Notes under the pieces: generated by a model | The model's input: only the letters and a program-made list of their open reading frames with translations | Database searches by the model: none | Told to the model about the DNA's origin: nothing | Translations under genes and position numbers: made by a program | In this document: piece by piece, positions 46,792 through 53,602 of the stretch | Numbering within the stretch: position 1 is the first letter of the stretch | Layout: each line of letters starts with the position of its first letter | Virus record (IMG/VR): IMGVR_UViG_3300028384_001121 | Coordinates: 1-53,602 of that record | Length of the DNA: 53,602 nucleotides | Source: a virus | Lineage: Duplodnaviria > Caudoviricetes | Strand: one strand, 5' to 3'

Positions 46792-48993
46792 TCAACCTTT
46801 TTGCCTCTGGAGGTCTACTTTTTGACGCTCCACCTCCAGCCTTGCCTTGTCAATTTCATCTTTACGGCCATTACCGTCGGCATCTGTAGTCATCTTTGCA
46901 GCAAGGTCCATCTTCTTCAACTCTACCTTAACAGCCCGGTCGCGCTCATTTTGATCCGCTTCAAACTGTTGCTTTTCAGCTTGCATTTGTTGTTGGGCTT
47001 GCACCTGTGCTTGCTGTTGCTGTTGTTGCATCTGCTGTTGTTGTTGTTGCATTTCCTTCTGCTTGCTGTCAACCTCTGCCAAGAGACTCTTGATTTTGCT
47101 GAAGTTGTTAGTATCCAAGATTTCTGCGATTGTACCTGGCTGCTGCCCGTTCTGCGCAAACGCCTGTGCGAGACCTTTGAGCTGTTGGAGCTTGTCTTGC
47201 TCGCGGCTATTGTTCTTGACAAAGACGCCATACTCCGCTTCTTGGTACTCCTCAGGGTCAATGTTGACCATAGCCGTACGCAAATCACTTGTTACGTAAG
47301 TCATCTTCTTACCCTCACGCCATGCAATCTTGCTTGTATCTAACAAGCCCAAGTACTCGCGCTCAATGAAGTTCTCGAACCGACGGAACAGCTCCTCGCT
47401 AATAACAGAAGACTGGAAAATGGCACGCTCAGTAACGCCCACACCATCAGAGGTTTTAACCTGACCCTTTCGTTGCCGGCTAATTCCAATCATCTCTTCC
47501 CACTCAGTCTTAATAGCCTGCAAAAGCTGGAACTGTGCAGCGATATACTGACCTAAGGACATATCCAGTACCTGATACTGGTTGAATGTCACGCGCTCGT
47601 TGTTCTTGCCTTCTGCCGTAGAGTCAATGAAAGCAAAACCCATAGCATCTGCGTAGTACATGAACTTTTCTTCATCCCAACCATGGCGTTTGGGAATTGT
47701 GTTCATCTCCATGAGCATAATCTTGTCCTTGTTCTTAGCAATAGACAGCTCCAATCGATAGTGAAAGACGTTGTAAAGCACCTGATACGCCAATCCCATG
47801 CTACACACACTAATGTTGTCACTGTGCCGATTGCTGTACACACGGCCATTGTAAGGCAGCTTGCAGACGGAAATGTTATTCATCTCATTGCGCTGCACCG
47901 GATGCGGTTGGTGAGACACATAGATGTCTTTATCGATTTGGTATCCTTCCCATACCTCGTTAACCCAGTAGTAGGTAATCTCCTCGCCCTCTTCTTTTTT
48001 GTAAGACTCGTCAACTACCATCTCCTGCTCCTGCCCTAACTCATCAGTGAACTTAAGAATACCTACACGGCTAAAGGACTTCCAGCAAACGTGCAAGACT
48101 TCCACCATACGGTCGGACTCGTCATCTTCGGGCTTGTTGATGAACATACTCTGGACACCTCCGTAGCTACTATCCCGGTATTTCCCATGCGGAGCTTCGA
48201 GTCGATCAATGTCTTTGCTGCTCAACACGTCATAGAAGCGGTCTACAACTTGGTTTACCGACATGATTTGACGGCGGACTACCCAGTCTGCGTCCTCAAT
48301 AAACTCTACATCTGGCCCTTTCTCGTAGTCAATATCCAAAGGCGACACGACATCGTACTCGACATCGTTCATGCATACATCCTTGTACGTGTAGCACTCA
48401 CCGGCAATAAGCCAGTCAAAAAACAAGCGCTGGCTTTTATCTTCAAAGTTGAGCCAGTCGAACAAGTAGTTCAATACCTCTTGACCTATGATGGCACGAG
48501 AATCTCGGTAGTTACTGAGCACCTGTTCCATGTACTCTTCTGCAACAGGCATTTCTTGGGACTCCTGGCCCGTTTCCATTCCCTGCGCATTGGCCTCATT
48601 GATAAACACCTGCTCTAAGTACTCCTTGAACTGCTGCTGGCGGTACTTATCAAAGCGTGATTCAATATCAGCGTTGCGTACAACCACCTGATATGCCATG
48701 GGACGCTTAGCTTTCTCACCTAGCAGCAGGTCAACTACCGGCTTGATGATGTTATAATTCCTCAGACGTGCAGGAAAGTTCTTCTTTGCCCAAGCCTCAC
48801 TGTTGTAGGGATTGGTGACATAGTTATAGTCCGCCTCACGGATATTACCGTTATAGGCTTCGTAGTACGTCTGCAAGGTGTGCTTGGTGCTCGTGCTAAA
48901 GCTGCTGCGGTTAATGAATGCACGAATGCACTCTTTAGCCCAGTCTTTAGTCTTGCGAGACCTAGCAATTTTTTGTTTAGGGATTTGAAACAT
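46792..48993 (-). CDS. Portal protein
   Basis: 733 aa with PKQK...K..DW, NYNIIKP.VDLLLGE, WVNEVWEG, CKLPY.G and GISRQR.G. Located after the terminase. Confidence 0.92.
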   Translation of the reverse strand: MFQIPKQKIARSRKTKDWAKECIRAFINRSSFSTSTKHTLQTYYEAYNGNIREADYNYVTNPYNSEAWAKKNFPARLRNYNIIKPVVDLLLGEKAKRPMAYQVVVRNADIESRFDKYRQQQFKEYLEQVFINEANAQGMETGQESQEMPVAEEYMEQVLSNYRDSRAIIGQEVLNYLFDWLNFEDKSQRLFFDWLIAGECYTYKDVCMNDVEYDVVSPLDIDYEKGPDVEFIEDADWVVRRQIMSVNQVVDRFYDVLSSKDIDRLEAPHGKYRDSSYGGVQSMFINKPEDDESDRMVEVLHVCWKSFSRVGILKFTDELGQEQEMVVDESYKKEEGEEITYYWVNEVWEGYQIDKDIYVSHQPHPVQRNEMNNISVCKLPYNGRVYSNRHSDNISVCSMGLAYQVLYNVFHYRLELSIAKNKDKIMLMEMNTIPKRHGWDEEKFMYYADAMGFAFIDSTAEGKNNERVTFNQYQVLDMSLGQYIAAQFQLLQAIKTEWEEMIGISRQRKGQVKTSDGVGVTERAIFQSSVISEELFRRFENFIEREYLGLLDTSKIAWREGKKMTYVTSDLRTAMVNIDPEEYQEAEYGVFVKNNSREQDKLQQLKGLAQAFAQNGQQPGTIAEILDTNNFSKIKSLLAEVDSKQKEMQQQQQQMQQQQQQAQVQAQQQMQAEKQQFEADQNERDRAVKVELKKMDLAAKMTTDADGNGRKDEIDKARLEVERQKVDLQRQKG

Positions 48994-49004
48994 CCGTATG
49001 CGTT

Positions 49005-51014
49005 TTATGAGAAGAAGGCTCGATCAAAAAAAGTGTTTTCGCTCTGTTGCTCTACTAACTGAACTTCTTTTGTATGCAGATCCTTCAGATGGAACATGCC
49101 TACCAGCAGGGCCGATACCCGGTCAAAGTTTCCGCGCCTGTTGTACTTTACCAGCTCATCGATAAGTGCTATATCGTAAATGAAATGCAAGTTGAGTTTT
49201 TGCTCGCCTTGCTCATCACGACCTCTCGGTGTCTTGAGCCAGTCTCGTAAGTAAATTTCTGCTTGTCCTTTGCGTTCTTTGCTACCCATGCTCATACCGT
49301 AGCTACGGCCTAGCTTGCGTATCCGAACGTTGTCTGTTTTGTCGAAGATTTCTACCTCCGGCATCAGATACTGCATTAATTTATGACGCTTGGCATAAGG
49401 AATAATCTCACCTCGGTCATTCTCAAAACCTATACGTGCATTATAATACTTTGCTAGCAAAAATAGGTTATAGTTGTACTCATCCTGCGTATCAGGACGT
49501 CCTACATACGAAGCAACGATCATATCGTCCGGCTGACTAAGCGTATTTACACGTTTTATGACGTATGCAGCTCCTAAAGACGTGCCATAGCCATCCTGAG
49601 CGTAAGGGTCATGGACGATGATGTACAAATCACGTGGCACCTCGCCATTTTGCTTGTAGGGTGACTGATAAACTACTGGACATCCGGTAGTATCGTCCCC
49701 GCGTTGTACCGGAAACTTCATAACAGGGCGAAGTCGGTCATCTGGGCGTAATTTGATGCCCTCTTTGCCCTCTACAAGGTGCCCTGCTACAGCTAAACTC
49801 TTGAACATACCGCTGCGAACTAGCTCATTGCGGTGCTCAATCAACGAAGCTGTAGGAAATACGTTGCTACTGTGCTGTAGAAAGGCTTCTTTAGGAGTGA
49901 ACGGATACTCAGTAATATGCTTATCAAGTACCCCCGCATCTTTTGCGTCACGCTTGATTTGCTCACGTGTAGCCTCCTCAGATTGGCGAGCACCTGCAAT
50001 ATCGCTATTGCCGTCGTGGTCCATATGCCCAATCTTGTTTTTGTATGCCGGAAAGAAGTACCCACAAGTAGTATGGTCGCTGCTTTCGTCCCAGATATTG
50101 GTAATAGGTAGGAGGTTGTATGCTTCTGGGTTATAGAACATACTCTCAAAGTCGATAGTACCTCCAGCCATGTCACCACCCGTACCAAATAGAATCATCT
50201 GCCCCGTGGTGATACCTCCATCCTCTACAGTTGGCTTAGTTGCCAGGTATGACGCCTTAAGATTGTCAAAAGCACCACACTCTTCGAAGATTACGATGGA
50301 AGCATCTTTACCACGAGCAGCGTCTGGGTTGTCTTTAAATGTGATAGCCTCTACTTCCGACTTGTAGCCCTTCTCCACCTGCTGGCCCGACATATACTCT
50401 AAATAGCTGGCTCTGCGGTGGTTTTGCTTGTCTACGACTTGGCGCCTTTTAGCCCAGCCGGTATGCTCATTCAAGAAGTTCATGTTGTCGGTAACCATTG
50501 CCATGATACCTTTAGGGTACAAGTACTTCTTGTCAAATGCGCATAAAAGGGTGTAGCTGTTACGTTCCGTATTGAACGTATTCGTAACAAGAGCAGCGTT
50601 TTTATAAGAGAATCCCTTACGACGCGCCTTACCTACGATCATATGACGCCCTCCATTCATATGAGCCTCTTCCACGTGTGTGGAAAGGTTCAACCTTTCA
50701 TAGTCTACTGGTTTGATCCCGTTACGGGCTATCTCTTGCAGCCAGAAGTATTCATAGTCCCCATCCCAGAAGTTGGGAAAGCTCAGAATCTTCTTGTTAC
50801 CCTTGTCAGTCAGCTTTATCTGCACGTAATTCAAGTAGAAGTAATGGTGTCCAGTGATGGACACATCTCCTACAGTGTACCCCTCAGTACACCGGCGTAA
50901 CTCCTCTGCCCAAAACTCGAAATATGCCGCAGACCCCTCTGGGTCGCCGCAGTAAAAGCCGTGGTCTAGAAAATGACGGCCTGCTCTATTGAATTCTTGG
51001 GTGTTAGTCAACAT
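49005..51014 (-). CDS. terL: Terminase large subunit
   Basis: ITGHHYFYLNY, Walker A-like GKARRKGFSY, Walker B-like IFEECG, FGTGG, and nuclease motifs DPY and NFDRVSA. Confidence 0.95.
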   Translation of the reverse strand: MLTNTQEFNRAGRHFLDHGFYCGDPEGSAAYFEFWAEELRRCTEGYTVGDVSITGHHYFYLNYVQIKLTDKGNKKILSFPNFWDGDYEYFWLQEIARNGIKPVDYERLNLSTHVEEAHMNGGRHMIVGKARRKGFSYKNAALVTNTFNTERNSYTLLCAFDKKYLYPKGIMAMVTDNMNFLNEHTGWAKRRQVVDKQNHRRASYLEYMSGQQVEKGYKSEVEAITFKDNPDAARGKDASIVIFEECGAFDNLKASYLATKPTVEDGGITTGQMILFGTGGDMAGGTIDFESMFYNPEAYNLLPITNIWDESSDHTTCGYFFPAYKNKIGHMDHDGNSDIAGARQSEEATREQIKRDAKDAGVLDKHITEYPFTPKEAFLQHSSNVFPTASLIEHRNELVRSGMFKSLAVAGHLVEGKEGIKLRPDDRLRPVMKFPVQRGDDTTGCPVVYQSPYKQNGEVPRDLYIIVHDPYAQDGYGTSLGAAYVIKRVNTLSQPDDMIVASYVGRPDTQDEYNYNLFLLAKYYNARIGFENDRGEIIPYAKRHKLMQYLMPEVEIFDKTDNVRIRKLGRSYGMSMGSKERKGQAEIYLRDWLKTPRGRDEQGEQKLNLHFIYDIALIDELVKYNRRGNFDRVSALLVGMFHLKDLHTKEVQLVEQQSENTFFDRAFFS

Positions 51015-51019
51015 CGTCG

Positions 51020-51583
51020 TCAATCTTCGAAGAGACCTTTTTTACCCCCGCCTTTGATACGCGTGTCGTTGGATTCTTCCTTACGGACTTTCTCTTCAAG
51101 AACGGTAATGTTCTCAATCGCCTTAGGGAGCTTTTCAGAAATCTCCAACATGCGTGTAACGGAACGAGTAACAGGGTCAATATCTTCCAAATCAGGATCA
51201 GCAAGAGCAGCGTCAATGCGCTCACGTAGCGTATCGATGAGACGACTGCTCGTAAGAAGACCCTCCCTAATAGATGCAAGACTTTTAAGGGTGGGAGTTT
51301 TTGACAGCTCCAAATACTTCGCAATAGCTGCTTTGACTTTGTCATCGGGCTTATAGTCTTTGCCCAACCCTGTATCTGTGGACACGCGTAAGCGCCGCTC
51401 GTCTTCCGGATAAATGTAGTAGGGCGATTTGTGGTCGTGGATAAAGTAGATGTAGCTAAACTCTTTGAGCGCCTCTTTCTTATCCTTCGTCCGGTCACGT
51501 GTGAGCAGCGCTTTAAACTCTGGAATGAGTTTCAGCTCTACGTCTACTACTACTTTAAAGTTTTCTTCTCTGAATAACCGCAT
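51020..51583 (-). CDS. Conserved helical protein upstream of terL (possible small terminase)
   Basis: 187 aa with RDRTKDKK.A.KE..YIYF..D.KSPY and a C-terminal KGG. Function inferred from position only. Confidence 0.55.
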   Translation of the reverse strand: MRLFREENFKVVVDVELKLIPEFKALLTRDRTKDKKEALKEFSYIYFIHDHKSPYYIYPEDERRLRVSTDTGLGKDYKPDDKVKAAIAKYLELSKTPTLKSLASIREGLLTSSRLIDTLRERIDAALADPDLEDIDPVTRSVTRMLEISEKLPKAIENITVLEEKVRKEESNDTRIKGGGKKGLFED

Positions 51584-51794
51584 GGTTCAGTTTTGAGAGC
51601 CGCCCAGGTTTGACATAGAACTTGCCGAGATATGGTAGGCGCACGGTACTAAAGGCGCCCTTCTCCATGTGCTTACGCAGAAATCCAAACTGACTCATTA
51701 CTACCTCTGCCACCTCCTCATACGTGCCTCCATCCTCCTCAACAATCTCAAGGATGATTTCATGCATTATTTTACTCGGGCGGGGCATATACAA
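51555..51794 (-). CDS. HU/IHF-like DNA-binding protein
   Basis: EIILEI...EVAEVV.SQF......M.KG...VRLPYLGKF fits the HU pattern. Confidence 0.65.
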   Translation of the reverse strand: MYMPRPSKIMHEIILEIVEEDGGTYEEVAEVVMSQFGFLRKHMEKGAFSTVRLPYLGKFYVKPGRLSKLNHAVIQRRKL

Positions 51795-51984
51795 AGTAGG
51801 TTATGGTCGGGTGTTCGGGGCCTATAGCAATCTCAGTCTCGTAGTTTACAGCCTGTCCTTCAAGCTCAGCAGCCATTTGCAGTTCAAACGCAAAGAGTAC
51901 GTCGAGACTTTGAATCTCATACTCCAGCTTGAACAGCGGTTTCTGCGACGATGAATTTGAAGGTAAGAGACTCAAGGGTTCCAT
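51772..51984 (-). CDS. Hypothetical protein (start uncertain)
   Basis: Fills the gap between neighbours but overlaps both of them. Confidence 0.35.
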   Translation of the reverse strand: MEPLSLLPSNSSSQKPLFKLEYEIQSLDVLFAFELQMAAELEGQAVNYETEIAIGPEHPTITYFVYAPPE

Positions 51985-52270
51985 CAGGTTTTACAATGTC
52001 GTTGTAGCGGTACACTCCACTGCGATCCTTATAGATAACCTGCTTGTCCTTTAAACTCTTTACATAGTTGTTTAGCACCGACACGCTCTTAAAGCTCATC
52101 ACTTCAGCTACGTGCTTACGTGCTTGCATACTGCATGCTACTTCTTGGTCGTACTCTAAGAAATGTAGCAAGGCATCTAGCTCACGCGGAGTCAGCTTCA
52201 AGATACCATTCAATAGCTCTAAGTAGTGGCGTACGAAACTTTTCTTACTTGTTTGAATCTCCAGCTGCAT
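51917..52270 (-). CDS. Winged-HTH (RepL-like) protein
   Basis: LTPRELDAL...RKHVAEVM.....VLNNYVKSLKDK.VI...G.Y..N. Confidence 0.6.
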   Translation of the reverse strand: MQLEIQTSKKSFVRHYLELLNGILKLTPRELDALLHFLEYDQEVACSMQARKHVAEVMSFKSVSVLNNYVKSLKDKQVIYKDRSGVYRYNDIVKPDGTLESLTFKFIVAETAVQAGV

Positions 52271-52550
52271 TCTCCTGGTATTTGTTCACGCGATCAATCT
52301 TACGGTTCAAGCGCTTCTTGAGCAGCACACGAACTTGTTTAAGTAAAATGATGCAACACTGATTCTCGACTGAGAAGTTCTTGTTCTGTAATGCGTACAG
52401 ACGATCGATGAGCATGCTTACCACCTCCTCATTGGTCGTCCCTGGATTAAACCCGGTAGGTGTCTTCTCTGTGAAGCGCACCGTTTGGTACTCAGTTTCT
52501 GACTTGAAGTTGTGCAGCCGATACTCTATCCCGGGCTTGACAATTTCCAT
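52245..52550 (-). CDS. Tad1/Acb2-like hairpin protein (putative immune-signal sponge)
   Basis: Y.L.NF...QTVRF...NPGTTNEEVVSMLIDRL..LQ..NF..EN...I..L......L..R matches the Tad1-family pattern as I recall it. Confidence 0.6.
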   Translation of the reverse strand: MEIVKPGIEYRLHNFKSETEYQTVRFTEKTPTGFNPGTTNEEVVSMLIDRLYALQNKNFSVENQCCIILLKQVRVLLKKRLNRKIDRVNKYQENAAGDSNK

Positions 52551-52580
52551 GACATTTAATTTACCCGAAATATAGGAAAA

Positions 52581-52856
52581 TTATACAGCCTCAGCTTGCT
52601 GTTCCCTAAACCTGCGCTTATTATAGATTTTCTTGGTCACCATATCCTTCTCCTCTGTGGTCGCAATGGCTTGATAAAACTCATTATCCATCGCCTTAAT
52701 CTCAACCAAGAACTGATACCAGATCTGCTCAGCGGCAAGCGGGTTCTCCATGTCAAACTTACTCTTAGTACCCATATTAGCTTGAATACAAGCATTGATC
52801 TCTAATAGGGCATCAATCTTCTTACGTGTCTCCACGTCCTTGTAGTACTTACTCAT
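52581..52856 (-). CDS. Hypothetical protein
   Basis: 91-aa ORF with an AT-rich leader, co-oriented with the operon. Confidence 0.6.
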   Translation of the reverse strand: MSKYYKDVETRKKIDALLEINACIQANMGTKSKFDMENPLAAEQIWYQFLVEIKAMDNEFYQAIATTEEKDMVTKKIYNKRRFREQQAEAV

Positions 52857-52870
52857 AATAACATTACAGA

Positions 52871-53035
52871 TTAGCCAGACTTACAGTTCTCTAGTAAGGC
52901 ATAAGTTGCATCATCCATGTCTTCATGTAACAAGTCCCCGGTTATATAGACACCCGAGGTCGATTGGATAATAACAACATCCCCTCCCCCATGACACTGG
53001 TAGAATGTAAACAAGTAATTGTCTACACACCTCAT
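52871..53035 (-). CDS. Hypothetical 54-aa protein
   Basis: ATG 53035 is preferred because the longer 125-aa call crosses the strand-switch region. Confidence 0.35.
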   Translation of the reverse strand: MRCVDNYLFTFYQCHGGGDVVIIQSTSGVYITGDLLHEDMDDATYALLENCKSG

Positions 53036-53198
53036 CGTGTACAGGGGGTCTATGAACATGCCCAAAGTTAGGGAAGTATGAGTTCGCTTACCACCCCCAC
53101 TATACCTCCCCGGTGTGACCCCCACAAGACAACACCCCGGTGGCGTGTGGAACGGGACTTGCTCGTTCCTCGCAAGTAACCCCTTAATCTCATACACC

Positions 53199-53537
53199 GT
53201 GAAGGACATTACCCTCTTTCCCATCCGCAAGACCGACACTGGTCTCACCGCAACTGTACGAACCCCAGATTCCCTCGAGGAACGTCTGCTCTTTGTAGAC
53301 GACGCCTATACTGCCAAACACCTTGGCGTGGCTCTCCCTCGAGGTACCAAGACATGGGTCGAGTGCCAAGATGCTGGTGACGATTACCCAACGTTCAAAC
53401 GTGACCAACAATTTGACGTTAGTGCACCTGCGGGACACCACTTTGATGTCGTGCCATGGCCAGACCGCGAAACCGGCAAGCCTTGGACCACCAAAGAAGG
53501 TGACGTATTCTATGGTCTCGTACTCAAGCGAGACTAA
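53199..53537 (+). CDS. Hypothetical protein, first gene of the divergent transcription unit
   Basis: Likely GTG start at 53199 after CCCTTAATCTCATACACC, followed by a UUCG hairpin. Confidence 0.6.
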   Translation: MKDITLFPIRKTDTGLTATVRTPDSLEERLLFVDDAYTAKHLGVALPRGTKTWVECQDAGDDYPTFKRDQQFDVSAPAGHHFDVVPWPDRETGKPWTTKEGDVFYGLVLKRD

Positions 53538-53538
53538 G

Positions 53539-53560
53539 AGTGGGGCCTTCGGGCCTTACT
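53539..53560 (+). terminator. C(UUCG)G-capped hairpin (terminator or RNA stability element)
   Basis: AGTGGGGCC-TTCG-GGCCTTACT directly after the stop codon. The U-tail is weak. Confidence 0.6.
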
Positions 53561-53602
53561 TGGATACACTATCATCAAAACGAACTGTAAGCTACGTGTG
53601 TG

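Noticed and set aside
46985-47050. CAA/CAG run as a contingency microsatellite
   Set aside because: It is an in-frame, mixed-codon poly-Gln coiled coil, ordinary for a portal C-terminus.
44179-51014. Introns or inteins in MCP, portal or terL
   Set aside because: The ORFs are continuous and of ordinary size, with no splicing or homing endonuclease motifs seen.
49-52805. Numerous plus-strand ORFs and nested alternate-frame ORFs in the track
   Set aside because: They are antisense or out-of-frame shadows of well-supported minus-strand genes and show no recognisable motifs.
723-53035. Alternative genetic code (TAG/TGA recoding known in some crAss-like phages)
   Set aside because: Genes are full length and densely tiled under the standard code. 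TGA is used as a stop, and the one clear break is explained by the 26-bp duplication.
1-53602. tRNA, rRNA, integrase or transposase genes
   Set aside because: None recognised by eye, and intergenic gaps are mostly too short. A tRNAscan or Infernal run would be needed to exclude small RNAs.

Overview
Almost the whole window (about 723-53035, minus strand) is the late/virion module of a crAss-like (Crassvirales-type) phage, probably infecting a Bacteroidota/Flavobacteria host. Host evidence is TAnnTTTG promoter boxes and no obvious Shine-Dalgarno sites. In transcription order it encodes a Tad1-like protein, RepL-like and HU-like proteins, terminase, portal, scaffold, major capsid, ring, auxiliary capsid and hub proteins. 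These are followed by a metallophosphoesterase, tail fibres, a DUF5675 lysin and holin, ring and muzzle proteins, a cluster of very small basic or Cys-containing proteins, cargo proteins (one with a GH19 muramidase), and a ~4000-aa virion RNA polymerase polyprotein with DYDID and zincin HEMVH motifs. Two structural anomalies stand out. First, the last 137 aa of the RNAP ORF and everything to its left (1-722) look like the capsid gene end and next gene of an unrelated HTVC010P-type podovirus, joined in frame. Second, a perfect 26-bp tandem duplication frameshifts a tail fibre gene. Other notable items are a PQGMSPAE motif repeated only in the linkers flanking the RNAP core, a free-standing peptide resembling the ribonucleotide reductase C-terminal Cys tail, recurrent [M/Y]xxGG-type motifs, and a dockerin-like EF-hand in a tail protein. 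All family assignments come from motif recognition and gene order; no database search was run.
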